A stretch of DNA of 64,000 nucleotides from Alphaproteobacteria bacterium. GTDB lineage: Bacteria > Pseudomonadota > Alphaproteobacteria > UBA2966. How positions within the stretch are numbered: the stretch's first letter is position 1; every line of letters starts with the position of its first letter. The position numbers and the translations under genes are program-made. Shown piece by piece: positions 11,116 to 23,176 of the stretch. The notes beneath the pieces were generated by a model. That model was given only the letters and a program-made list of their open reading frames with translations, searched no databases and was not told the DNA's origin. The DNA lies in contig OZ219856.1 in assembly GCA_964291395.2 (NCBI GenBank), positions 1,792,001 through 1,856,000 on the forward strand, read 5' to 3'.

Positions 11116-11892
11116 ATGGGCGATAGAGTAACCTTGGGGAGGGATGGCGCGGTCGCGACGGTCATCCTGTCAAATCCCAAGCGCCTCAACGCGATGACGC
11201 CGAAAATGTGGCGTGAGCTCAAGGCCTGCATGGACGAGGCGTCCGCCGCTGACGACATCCGCGTCGTGGTGCTGAAAGGGGACGGCACGAACTTCGTCTC
11301 CGGCGCCGACATCTCCGTGTTCGACAAGGAGCGCACGAACGGTGCACAGGCCCGCAAGTACAGCGCGCATACGCACGGTGCCATGGCCTCCGTACGCGAT
11401 TGCCGGCATCCCACCATTGCGCTGATCGAGGGCGTCTGCGTCGGCGGCGGCATGGAGATCGCCTGCGTGTGCGATATCCGCGTCTGCGGCGAATCGAGCC
11501 GCTTTGGCATCACCAGCAACCGCCTGGGCCTCGGCGTGGGACACGACGAACTGAACGCTTTGATCGCCGTGTGCGGCAGGGCGTTCGCCCTCGAGATCAT
11601 GCTCGAGGGCCGGATCTTCGGCGCGGAGGAAGCGGCCGCCAAGGGATTCATCCACAAGATCTGTCCGGATGGCCAAGTGGCCCAAGAAGCCTATGAGCGC
11701 GCACGGCATATCGCTGGCCGAGCGCCCCTCGCCAACCGCTGGCACAAGGCGGCGATCCTCCGTCTCGACGATCCCACGCCCATGTCGGCGAACGAAGCCG
11801 ACCCCGGCTTCGACCTGTTCGACTCGGAGGACTACCGGGAAGGCGTCCGCGCGTTCATGGAGAAGCGGCCGCCGGAATTCAAGGGGCGTTGA
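11116..11892 (+). CDS. Enoyl-CoA hydratase/isomerase family protein
   Basis: FVSGADIS, GVCVGGGMEIA, SEDYREGVRAFMEKR. Confidence 0.92.
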   Translation: MGDRVTLGRDGAVATVILSNPKRLNAMTPKMWRELKACMDEASAADDIRVVVLKGDGTNFVSGADISVFDKERTNGAQARKYSAHTHGAMASVRDCRHPTIALIEGVCVGGGMEIACVCDIRVCGESSRFGITSNRLGLGVGHDELNALIAVCGRAFALEIMLEGRIFGAEEAAAKGFIHKICPDGQVAQEAYERARHIAGRAPLANRWHKAAILRLDDPTPMSANEADPGFDLFDSEDYREGVRAFMEKRPPEFKGR

Positions 11893-13136
11893 CGATAGCC
11901 GGAAACTCGCACGGGCCCCTCACGGGCCTCAAGGTCGTCGACCTCACGCACCATCTGGCGGGACCGACGTGCGGGCTCATGCTCGCCGATCTCGGTGCCG
12001 AGGTGATCAAGATCGAGAAAATCCCCGGCGGTGACGATTCGCGCCGCTCCGTGCCGCCCAGGATCGGCGGCGAGTCCGCCGCCTTCATGATGATGAACCG
12101 CAACAAGCGCGGGGTCGCCGTCGACCTCAAGACGGAAGGCGGCAAACGGATACTGCGGCGCCTCGCGGCGGACGCCGACGTCCTAATCGAGAATTTCCGA
12201 CCGGGCACGCTCGACCGTCTGGGAATCGGTTACGAAACGCTGAGGGAGAACAATCCCAAGCTGATCTACGGGGTGATCTCGGGCTTCGGCACCACAGGTC
12301 CCTACCGGGGCCGTGGCGGCTTCGACCTCGTCGCCCAGGGCATGAGCGGCCTGATGAGCATCACGGGCGACGCCTCGGGCACCGCGCCGACCAAGGTCGG
12401 CGCGCCGGTCACGGACATCACGGCGGGACTGCTGTTGACGATGGGTGTGCTGGCGGCCCTCCACGAACGTGAGCGGACGGGCGAAGGCCAGATCGTGGAC
12501 ACCTCCCTGTTCGAGGCCGGCATCACGCACACCTTCTGGCAGTCGGCCATCGCCTTTGCGACCGGCGTGGCGCCGCTCGCCATGGGAACACGGCACCCGT
12601 TGAACGCGCCTTATCAGGCCTTCCGGACGGCCGACTCCTGGATGTGCATCGGAGCCGCTTCGCAGCGCAACTGGGGACGGCTGATGACTTTGCTGGACAA
12701 GCCGGACATCGCCGAAGATTCCCGCTTCGCCGACAACGCCGCCCGCATGGCCAACACCGACGCGCTGGATGAGAAACTCAGCGCCGTCTTCCGCACTGCG
12801 ACGACGGACGAATGGCTCGCCCGCTTCGAGGAGGCCGGCATCCCCGCCGGGCCGATCAACACCATCACGGACATGCACGCCGATCCCCAGACGGCGGCCC
12901 GCAACATGACTCCGGAGGTCACCCACCCGGCAGCCGGTACGGTGAAGACGCTCGGACCGCCGGTGAAGTTCTCTCGGACCCCGGCCACCGTACGATTGCC
13001 GGCGCCGCTTTACGGCCAGCATACCCGCGAGGTTCTGAGTCGACATGGCTTTTCCGATGCCGAGATCGATGCATTCCTGGACGAAGGTGCCGTGACCGCA
13101 ACGGATGACGACCCGGCGGCGGGAACTCGAGCCTGA
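11889..13136 (+). CDS. Class III CoA transferase (CaiB/BaiF)
   Basis: LAGPTCGLMLADLGAEVIKIE, NRNKRG, ENFRPG, GFDLVAQGMSG. Confidence 0.94.
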   Translation: MTIAGNSHGPLTGLKVVDLTHHLAGPTCGLMLADLGAEVIKIEKIPGGDDSRRSVPPRIGGESAAFMMMNRNKRGVAVDLKTEGGKRILRRLAADADVLIENFRPGTLDRLGIGYETLRENNPKLIYGVISGFGTTGPYRGRGGFDLVAQGMSGLMSITGDASGTAPTKVGAPVTDITAGLLLTMGVLAALHERERTGEGQIVDTSLFEAGITHTFWQSAIAFATGVAPLAMGTRHPLNAPYQAFRTADSWMCIGAASQRNWGRLMTLLDKPDIAEDSRFADNAARMANTDALDEKLSAVFRTATTDEWLARFEEAGIPAGPINTITDMHADPQTAARNMTPEVTHPAAGTVKTLGPPVKFSRTPATVRLPAPLYGQHTREVLSRHGFSDAEIDAFLDEGAVTATDDDPAAGTRA

Positions 13137-13255
13137 GTACCGCCGGGTGGGGTTGAAGGCGGCGGCGACACCGATTAAGTAAGGGCTCACGGCCTCGCGG
13201 CCGGGCAAGACATACGGATTCACCGGCACGGCAGCAGACGCGCTTGCCGGCGTGA

Positions 13256-13331
13256 TCCCCGGTAGCTCAGTTGGTAGAGCGGGTGGCTGTTAACCACTAG
13301 GTCGCTGGTTCGAGTCCGGCCCGGGGAGCCA
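13256..13331 (+). tRNA. tRNA-Asn (GTT)
   Basis: TCCCCGG/CCGGGGA acceptor stem, TAGCTCAGTTGGTAGAGC D-arm, GTGG-CT-GTT-AA-CCAC anticodon arm, GGTTCGAGTCC, 3' GCCA. Confidence 0.97.
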
Positions 13332-13368
13332 AATTTCAGACCAAGAAGACCTATCCTGTTCTCAGGAA

Positions 13369-13406
13369 CTCAACTAAAGCCCTGCTGGAGCAGGGCTTTA
13401 GTTGAG
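13369..13406. terminator. Perfect 18-bp inverted repeat downstream of tRNA-Asn (probable terminator or processing hairpin)
   Basis: CTCAACTAAAGCCCTGCT-GG-AGCAGGGCTTTAGTTGAG; lies between tRNA-Asn and the convergent katG. No U-tract. Confidence 0.55.
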
Positions 13407-13692
13407 ACGGGTCTTGCCTAGCTGAGGGGGCATTGGAGCGTGCTGCCCGACCACCCGCTCGCTTCTTGCAACGCTCGCGAGTCCGGATTCGCCTGCATTG
13501 AAGGGGGAGAGCTACGGCCGAGGACCCGGGCGACGAGATACGGAAGCACGAAGACGCTGAGGTAGATCGCCGCCCCGCGGGCGTCCAGGCCGCCGACACA
13601 CGCCGCGGGAAACAGCATGCGATCCGTCACTCCGCACCGTGACGATACTCACCGGTCGCGGCTGCGCTCCAGAAACTCACCTTCCGCCGGAA

Positions 13693-15975
<2,283 letters not shown>

Positions 15976-16006
15976 CTATATGATGACGGCGCGGCCCGGT
16001 CAATAG

Positions 16007-16023
16007 CTTGGAATTGTTCTAAT
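16007..16023. promoter_or_regulatory. ICE-box-like Irr binding site upstream of katG
   Basis: CTTGGAATTGTTCTAAT matches 15 of 17 positions of the ICE consensus TTTRGAAYNRTTCYAAA (recalled); lies between irr and katG. Confidence 0.7.
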
Positions 16024-16053
16024 GGCGGCCGTCCGCCGTCGGCCGAAGACCCG

Positions 16054-16494
16054 TCAGTCCGGGCTGCCGGTGACCCGGATGACCAGATCGACTCGGCTGA
16101 TGGTCGTTCCGGCGGGTGGATCGGGAAGCTCTCCGATATGCACGGCGCCGGGCTCAAGGTCTTCGAGGCGACCGGTGTCCTGGAAATATAGGTGATGGTG
16201 ATCGGTCGTGTTGGTGTCGAAATAGGACAGGTTCGGATCTACCATCACCTCCTGCAGCAGGCCCGCGTCGGTGAACTGATGCAAGGTGTTGTAGACGGTC
16301 GCCAGCGAAACGCTCGCCCCGTCGCGCAACGCCTCCTCGTGCAGGCTCTCGGCACTGACGTGGCGGTTGCCGCCGACGAACAGTAGCCGCGCCAGCGCCA
16401 GACGTTGGCGCGTCGGGCGCAAGTTGTGGCGCCTGAGCATCTCGATCAGCGGCGTGTAGGATCGTTGCATCGCCGAGTCCCGCCTGCCGGACAT
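16054..16494 (-). CDS. irr: Fur-family iron response regulator Irr
   Basis: LRPTRQRLALARLLF..GNRHVSAE, VSLATVYNTLHQF, YFDTNTTDHHHLY (HxH heme motif); no C-terminal CxxC. Confidence 0.9.
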   Translation of the reverse strand: MSGRRDSAMQRSYTPLIEMLRRHNLRPTRQRLALARLLFVGGNRHVSAESLHEEALRDGASVSLATVYNTLHQFTDAGLLQEVMVDPNLSYFDTNTTDHHHLYFQDTGRLEDLEPGAVHIGELPDPPAGTTISRVDLVIRVTGSPD

Positions 16495-16530
16495 GTCATT
16501 TCACTTCCATTACAATAGCGACGGGCTCAG

Positions 16531-16547
16531 TTTGGAACAAGTCGAAC
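16531..16547. promoter_or_regulatory. Degenerate ICE-box-like site upstream of irr
   Basis: TTTGGAACAAGTCGAAC, 14 of 17 matches to the ICE consensus, 37 bp upstream of the irr start. Confidence 0.45.
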
Positions 16548-16569
16548 AAATCGCGCCGCCGCCAGCCGC

Positions 16570-17178
16570 TCACAGGGCGCATCGCCCCGCGCGCGGGGCC
16601 CGAGGCAGTGGACTACGGGAACAAGCTGCCGCCGATGCCCATGGTACATCTGTGGACGCTGTGGACGCCCCCTTGGGATGCAAGCGGTTTTCGGCCAGGT
16701 AGGTTTGGTATGCGGCCGGGTGCTGACTTATGTCCGGCCTCCTGATGCCGATGGACACGGTCAAGCCCGCCACCATGGCGTAGCGCTCGGCGGGAAACCA
16801 ATTGACGGCAAGATGTAAGACCGTGATGAGATTAAGTCCTGCACCGATATCGAGCAGCACTCGACTTGCGTAAGCCACCGGCAGCGTCGCTGTCATCGCG
16901 AACGCCAAGGCGCCCAGCGCACAGGCAGGCCGAGGCAGTGAGTACGCACGGGAGCCCCATTTGTCTACAATTATTCCCACCGGAATCTGCACTAACGCAT
17001 ACGCCCAGTAGAAGAAGGCCGGCAGCTTGCCCGGGATGACCGCGGTCGCATCAAAGGAACGCATCAGGTCGTCGACCATAGCGCTGGGCGCCACACGCTG
17101 GAACGTCGCGAAGAAAAACAGCGATGCCGCGAGGCCCCCACGTGATCCAGGCACGCGCTTGTTGAGGCCCGAGGCCAT
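16570..17178 (-). pseudogene. Truncated MFS transporter (N-terminal half only)
   Basis: FQRVAPSAMVDDLMRSF, FYWAYALVQIPVGIIVDKWG and NWFPAERYAMVAGLT are MFS TM1-5 motifs; similarity is lost after about 145 codons. Confidence 0.75.
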
Positions 17179-17469
17179 CCGATGAAAATTTTGGGGACGC
17201 GTCAGTCATGAACCCTGTTAGTCAGCACGACGACCACTCCGTGAGTTCACACTGTCATGCATGCGGGGACATCACGTCTATGATCGACATCTTGGGATCG
17301 AGGCATGCTGTGCCCACGGGGAATCGGATTTTTTTGGCGTCACAGACGCGGACAAAAATTCAGAATTCCCCGAAGGCAGAAGCCAACGACGACTTACCAG
17401 TATTGCATTGGTTCGATCGGCGACAGGCGATTCGGGACTGTGCACCCCTGAGGTGAATGGAGGAAGGGT

Positions 17470-18915
17470 ATGGATGAATTCGACCTCGTGGTTCGTGGAG
17501 GAACTGTCGTGACGGCGGCCGATAGCGTGCTCAGTGACGTGGGCGTGTCCGATGGACGGATTTGTGCCTTGGCGAACAACCTCCCTCCGGGTCGGAAAGA
17601 AGTCGATGCCTCCAGGCTGTTGATCCTTCCCGGTGGAGTTGACGGACATTGCCACCTAGATCAGCCGTTGAACGACGGCGCTGAAATGGCTGACGATTTT
17701 TTCAGTGGCACCCGTTCCGCGGCCTGCGGAGGAACCACCACGGTGATTCCGTTCGCCTGCCAAATGAAAGGTGACTCACTGCGCGCGGCCGTCGAGGACT
17801 ACCACCAGAGAGCTGAAGGCAAAGCAGTCATCGATTACGCCTTTCACCTTATCGTTTCCGACCCCACCGAGCAGGTGCTTGGCCAGGAACTCCCCGCACT
17901 CATCAAAGACGGTTATACGTCGTTCAAGATCTACATGACCTACGACGATCTGAAGCTCAATGACCGGCAAATCCTCGATACCCTTGCCGTGGCGCGTCGG
18001 CACGGTGCAATGGTCATGATGCACGCCGAGAATTCGGATGGGATAGCCTGGTTGACCGAGCGCCTCGAATTGGAGGGCCGTACCGCACCAAAATACCACG
18101 CGGTCTCACGTCCCATCTCAGTGGAGCGCGAGGCCACGCAACGGGCCATCATGCTGGCCGAGTTGGCCGAAGTTCCAATCCTGCTGGTTCACGTTTCCAG
18201 CAAGGATGCGGTTGAGCAGATCAGGTGGGCCCGGGGCCGCGGTCTCCGCGTCTATGCGGAAACCTGTCCTCAATATGTGCTCCTTACCGCCGAGGATCTC
18301 GATTTGCCTGGGTTTGAAGGCGCAAAGTGTGTTTGTAGTCCGCCGCCCCGCGATGCGTCGAGCCATCAAGCCATTTGGGACGGTCTGACCGACGGCCTAT
18401 TTCAAGTGTTCTCCTCGGACCACGCGCCATTTCGATACGACGATTCCAAGGGGAAGAAGTTGAAGGGTGAAACGGGATCATTCGCCTACGTGCCTAACGG
18501 CATTCCAGGGATCGAGACGCGAATGCCCTTGTTATTTTCTGAAGGTGTCAACGGCGGAAAATTAGATCTCAGCAGCTTCGTCGCGTTAACGGCAACGAAT
18601 CCGGCAAAGATGTACGGTCTCCACCCGCGTAAAGGGACGATCGCCATCGGCAGTGATGCGGATTTGGCGCTATGGGATCCGAATCGAGAAGTAACCATCA
18701 CCAACGACATGCTGCACCACAACGTGGATTACACGCCCTACGGCGGAATGACGGTTCGTGGTTGGCCTGTGATGACGATTTCCCGCGGCGTGACGGTCTG
18801 GGGCGACGGTAATTTCTTAGGTGAACAGGGTTTCGGCCGATTTCTGCGCTGTGAGCGACCTGATCCAGCACGGCCAGTCCATACGAGTGATGGCAAACGT
18901 GCTCCAAAATCGTGA
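17470..18915 (+). CDS. hydA: Dihydropyrimidinase / D-hydantoinase
   Basis: PGGVDGHCH, GGTTTVI, SFKIYMTY, HAEN, ETCPQY, SSDHAPF, PNGIPGIETR, HHNVDYTPY. Confidence 0.93.
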   Translation: MDEFDLVVRGGTVVTAADSVLSDVGVSDGRICALANNLPPGRKEVDASRLLILPGGVDGHCHLDQPLNDGAEMADDFFSGTRSAACGGTTTVIPFACQMKGDSLRAAVEDYHQRAEGKAVIDYAFHLIVSDPTEQVLGQELPALIKDGYTSFKIYMTYDDLKLNDRQILDTLAVARRHGAMVMMHAENSDGIAWLTERLELEGRTAPKYHAVSRPISVEREATQRAIMLAELAEVPILLVHVSSKDAVEQIRWARGRGLRVYAETCPQYVLLTAEDLDLPGFEGAKCVCSPPPRDASSHQAIWDGLTDGLFQVFSSDHAPFRYDDSKGKKLKGETGSFAYVPNGIPGIETRMPLLFSEGVNGGKLDLSSFVALTATNPAKMYGLHPRKGTIAIGSDADLALWDPNREVTITNDMLHHNVDYTPYGGMTVRGWPVMTISRGVTVWGDGNFLGEQGFGRFLRCERPDPARPVHTSDGKRAPKS

Positions 18916-19038
18916 TCGCACGCGAATGAACGTCAACGCTCTCGGGGTTCCATGTTAAGCTGCCTCAGTCATAGACCGTAGAGATGGGCTGACGTCAGCC
19001 TGACAATCCGGCTCGCGCAAGGCGAGGGGAAGCACACC

Positions 19039-20265
19039 ATGTCACGCTCTGCCACCGAATGGGAAAGACCGCCCAACCTGCCGGAAGAGTACTACGTCAG
19101 CGCCCTCGTCTATAGCAACGAAGAAATTTTCCAAGAGGAGCAGGAGAAACTGCTGCGCAAGACATGGAAGTTTGCCTGTCACGAAAGCGAGGTCCCCGAA
19201 ATCGGAGATTACCGCACATTTGACTGGACAGGCATTCCCCTGGTCACGGTCCGTGGTGCAGACAACAAAATCCGGACATTCATCAACTCCTGCTCGCACC
19301 GGTCGGCCAAAATCGCTTACGGCGTCACCGGCAATGTGAAAAGCTTCGTCTGCTTCTTCCATCTCTGGGCTTACAACCTGGAAGGCAATTGTATCGGGCA
19401 GACGCGCGATCTGGCCTACGAAAAATGCGGCCCGTCGAAGGATCAATGCGGACTTCGGGAGGTCAAGACCGAAACTTGGTGCGGCATGATCTTCATCAAC
19501 CTTAATGACGGAAGCCCCAACCTTCTCGAGGACATGGGCGAGACTCTCACTCAGTTTGAAGACGTGCTCGAACAAACGGAACTCGAGGTCTTCCACTTCC
19601 ACCGCATTCTGATGACCGCCAACTGGAAACAGTGGCACGAGACTAACATGGAGCTTTACCACGAGTGGGGACACCCGGTTAACCGTCGGACCAGCGTTCA
19701 TGCCGACGGCTATTTTGATCGAGAATGGACATTTGACTCCAATGGACACGGGGTGTTGGCACCCTTCAAGGTCCAATACAAAAACTATAGAGGTTGGCAA
19801 AATCGTGACAGTAAGACTTTCCCGGGAATGGGCCCTGGAGAGTTCCGCATCATGAACCTGTTCCCAAACACGTCGTTTATCTTGCGTACGACCTGCATGC
19901 GTATTCACACGACAACGCCGATCGCCCCAGGTCTCACGCATATGGAGGATCGCGGACTGGGCATCAAGGGAGAGTCGAGACAAGACCGCCTAATGCGCGA
20001 ATCCGACTTTCACGGTACGTGGGGTCCGTTCGGCCGCAACACGGCGGAGGATGTCGCCTTTGTGGAGGCAGCGGAGCAGGCCAACCGTCATGGGGCCGCC
20101 AAGTACAGCATCATCTCCCGAATTGAAACGAGCGAACGTGGATTGCCTCTCACCCAAGATGAAGAGCACATCCGTCTCTTTTTCGCGTTGTGGAACCGGT
20201 ATATGGGCCGCCCGCCCCATAACCCAATGAATGTGGAACGCCACGATCTCAAGGCGGCGGAATGA
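19039..20265 (+). CDS. Rieske ring-hydroxylating oxygenase alpha subunit, methanesulfonate monooxygenase MsmA-like
   Basis: CSH-X17-CFFH Rieske motif, NWKQWHETNMELYHEWGH mononuclear iron region, AEDV. The MsmA resemblance is from memory. Confidence 0.85.
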   Translation: MSRSATEWERPPNLPEEYYVSALVYSNEEIFQEEQEKLLRKTWKFACHESEVPEIGDYRTFDWTGIPLVTVRGADNKIRTFINSCSHRSAKIAYGVTGNVKSFVCFFHLWAYNLEGNCIGQTRDLAYEKCGPSKDQCGLREVKTETWCGMIFINLNDGSPNLLEDMGETLTQFEDVLEQTELEVFHFHRILMTANWKQWHETNMELYHEWGHPVNRRTSVHADGYFDREWTFDSNGHGVLAPFKVQYKNYRGWQNRDSKTFPGMGPGEFRIMNLFPNTSFILRTTCMRIHTTTPIAPGLTHMEDRGLGIKGESRQDRLMRESDFHGTWGPFGRNTAEDVAFVEAAEQANRHGAAKYSIISRIETSERGLPLTQDEEHIRLFFALWNRYMGRPPHNPMNVERHDLKAAE

Positions 20266-20325
20266 CCATCACCGAATACCCAGTGACTGGGAACCTGTTA
20301 ATTCGGATCCGCGCGGGAGAGTGAA

Positions 20326-20793
20326 ATGGCGGATACCGATGCCGCCGTGCGTGATCTGATCTACCGGTCGTGCTTGCTGTTGGATGAAGAAGACTTCAAC
20401 GGTTACCTCGATCTCTGTACGCCGGACTTTCATTACAAGATCACGGCCTATGGTCAGGAAATTCGTAGGGAGATGACTTGGCTGGATCTGACAAGGGAGA
20501 AGATGTCCGTTCTGTTCGATGAAATTCCCGACCACATACGTCTGCCCGGCACCTTCGTACGCATGGCGAATGTCTACACCGTGGATCGGCAACGGGAATC
20601 CGACCGACGCTTGGTCGCGGCAACGACACTGATCACGGTCTATTACACGACACCCGAGGGGTCGACCCGCGTTTTTGCGGTGGGCAAGTACCATGACCTG
20701 ATCGAACTCAACGGAGTCCGACCGCTGCTGGCGTCACGCCACGTAAGGCTGGAGACGCGGGATATCGGCAAGGGTTGCCACGTACCCTTGTAA
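20326..20793 (+). CDS. Oxygenase beta subunit (SnoaL/NTF2 fold), MsmB-like
   Basis: DLIYRSCLLLDEEDF, YKITAYGQEIRREMTWLD, VRLETRDIGKGCHVPL; directly follows the alpha subunit. Confidence 0.82.
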   Translation: MADTDAAVRDLIYRSCLLLDEEDFNGYLDLCTPDFHYKITAYGQEIRREMTWLDLTREKMSVLFDEIPDHIRLPGTFVRMANVYTVDRQRESDRRLVAATTLITVYYTTPEGSTRVFAVGKYHDLIELNGVRPLLASRHVRLETRDIGKGCHVPL

Positions 20794-20858
20794 CGAATGC
20801 CCAACGTTGTTTGGAGAGGATACGCGGCGCTCTGTCGGCATGGGAGGGGGAGGAGCGA

Positions 20859-21845
20859 GTGTCTTTCCTAATCACCGGTGGTCACGGATTCATTGGTCTC
20901 AACATCGCAGAAAGATTGTTGGCAGAAGGCGAATACGTGGTGCTATTCGGCCTTGACTCACTACCGGTGTCGGCGCGTGCGGAATTTTCATCACTGCCGG
21001 GAACTCTGATCACTGCGGAAGGCGATGTATGTGAACCGGCTAAGCTCGATCGCGTATTCGCCGACCACGGTGTCGAAGACGTGGTGCACGGCGCAGCGAT
21101 TACAGCAGGTCCAGAGCGCGAGCGTAGCGATCCTACCACCATCATGTACGTCAATCTGACCGGAACAATCACCGCTCTGGAGGCGGCCCGAAGGCACAAC
21201 ACTCGACGATTCATTTGCCTCAGTTCGTGCTCGATCTACGGCGAAAGCGACTACGATGTGCTTGAGTGCGATGAGGCGACGACACTTCCCGTGCCTGTCA
21301 ACCTTTATGCCATCAGCAAGTATGCTGCGGAACGCGCAGCCCTGCGATACGGGAGGCAGTGGGATATGGACGTGCTGGTAGCCCGGCCCACCGAGGCGTT
21401 TGGGCCCTGGGAGCGCGATACCGGTGTTCGAGATACCTTAAGCGCCCCTCTCCAGGTGACGCGGTTGGCAATACAGGGAAGGCAGGCGGTCCTGCCCCGC
21501 GCAGGTCGGCGTGATTGGGGATATAGCCGGGATATAGCTCGGGCCGTTGTCGCGCTCCTTCGCGCTAAAAATCCGAGCTTCGACGTGTACAACGTAAGTT
21601 CAGGCACGCAATGGGCGATCGCCGCATGGTGCGACAAGCTGGTCGAGAAGTATCCCGAGTTCAGTTATCGGTTGGCCGCCGAGGACGAATCTCCAAACGT
21701 GGACTATTACGACCCGCGCGACCGCTCACCGTTGGCCATCGAGCGCTTGACAGAAGATATCGGTTTCACACCCGAATTTGCATTGGAGTCGTCCTTCGAC
21801 GACTACATAGGCTGGATCACAAGTCACACCGATGACATCGGATAA
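20859..21845 (+). CDS. NAD-dependent epimerase/dehydratase (extended SDR)
   Basis: GTG start after AGGAG; ITGGHGFIG, HGAA, YAISK. Confidence 0.88.
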   Translation: MSFLITGGHGFIGLNIAERLLAEGEYVVLFGLDSLPVSARAEFSSLPGTLITAEGDVCEPAKLDRVFADHGVEDVVHGAAITAGPERERSDPTTIMYVNLTGTITALEAARRHNTRRFICLSSCSIYGESDYDVLECDEATTLPVPVNLYAISKYAAERAALRYGRQWDMDVLVARPTEAFGPWERDTGVRDTLSAPLQVTRLAIQGRQAVLPRAGRRDWGYSRDIARAVVALLRAKNPSFDVYNVSSGTQWAIAAWCDKLVEKYPEFSYRLAAEDESPNVDYYDPRDRSPLAIERLTEDIGFTPEFALESSFDDYIGWITSHTDDIG

Positions 21846-21904
21846 ACGTCTTGGAGCAAGAGTTCTCCCATTGGCGACATGCCTGCGCTGGAAAGGACGG
21901 GATA

Positions 21905-23137
21905 ATGAGTCGAAGCGATCAGGACGGCAACAAGTATCGAGTCATCGATGCCGACGGTCACGCATGGGAGATACCGCTGCGTTCGTGGGACCGCTTCCTA
22001 CCCGAGGAGTTAAGGGGCAAGCTGTTCAACTCCGGCATCGATGCCAACGGCAATCAGAGATTCCTGTTTGACGGCAAGCTATTCATGGCATGTGACACCG
22101 GAAAGATTCCGGACGACGTCATCGTCCAAAACCATCCCCTAACATCGGGGAAAGATTACCAATCCAAGGATGGCTCGGAAGGCCTTCCCGGAATGCCCAC
22201 GGGCACGCGTACGACCTTTGGCAGGGTGCCGAAGGGCCATCCCGAAGATCCAGATTTGCATCTTCAAGATCTCGACGCCGAGGGTATCGACGTCGCTGTG
22301 GTCTTCCCAAGTATGGGGTTGATGCTGCTTTCGACGGACAAGCTCGATCTCGCCATCCCCTGCGTCCGAGCCGAAAATATGTGGCTTGCCGATCATGCAC
22401 AGCCCCACGCCGACCGGATGAAGCCTTGCATAAGTCTTCCGCTAGTGGCGCCGACCTCCGAATGCGTGAACGCGTGCCTCCGTGAACTGGACTACGCAGT
22501 AAATGAGCTTGGGCTGACAACGGTTGTGCATATTCTGCCCTGCGTGGGCCCGAAGGAAAAAGCGAATCTGGATGAGCCCGTGTTCTTTCCCTTATTCGAA
22601 GAAATCGAGCGCATGGGCCTTCCCATCGGCATCCATTGGTCGGCGGGGACTCATCTGCCTGGCATGGAGGATCGGTTCAAGCCAGAGCAGTTTTTCATTT
22701 ATCACACGCTGGGCTTCCCATTCGAAAATATGATCGCGCTGAGCTCGATCGTCTGTGGCGGACTGCTCGAGAAATTTCCAGATCTCAAATGGGCAATTCT
22801 CGAATCAGGTTGTGGGTGGGTGTACTATTTGATGGAGCGATTGGACGAGCACTACGAGCTGCTATCGTATCTCATGCCACAGATGAAGAAGTGGCCGCAC
22901 GACTACATGAAGAGTGGCCTGATCTATTACTCGTGCGATCCCGATGAGCAATCAATACCGTTCTTTCTGGAGATGGTGGGTGACGATTACCTGTTGTACG
23001 CCAGTGACTATCCTCATTGGGATGGCCAATATCCGGGAACAGTGGATACGATCTGCAACAACCCCAAGCTGACACCAACACAGAAGCGCAAGGTGCTGGG
23101 CGAGAACGCCGCCCGGTTCTACGGCTGGGATGCTTGA
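21905..23137 (+). CDS. Amidohydrolase_2 family protein (metal-dependent decarboxylase/hydratase type)
   Basis: IDADGH, DLDAEGIDVAVVFPS, LESGCGW, YASDYPHWD, KVLGENAARFY. Confidence 0.9.
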   Translation: MSRSDQDGNKYRVIDADGHAWEIPLRSWDRFLPEELRGKLFNSGIDANGNQRFLFDGKLFMACDTGKIPDDVIVQNHPLTSGKDYQSKDGSEGLPGMPTGTRTTFGRVPKGHPEDPDLHLQDLDAEGIDVAVVFPSMGLMLLSTDKLDLAIPCVRAENMWLADHAQPHADRMKPCISLPLVAPTSECVNACLRELDYAVNELGLTTVVHILPCVGPKEKANLDEPVFFPLFEEIERMGLPIGIHWSAGTHLPGMEDRFKPEQFFIYHTLGFPFENMIALSSIVCGGLLEKFPDLKWAILESGCGWVYYLMERLDEHYELLSYLMPQMKKWPHDYMKSGLIYYSCDPDEQSIPFFLEMVGDDYLLYASDYPHWDGQYPGTVDTICNNPKLTPTQKRKVLGENAARFYGWDA

Positions 23138-23176
23138 GGGTTGACCGCAGCAGCTCTGTCTCAGGTTGTGAAGGCG

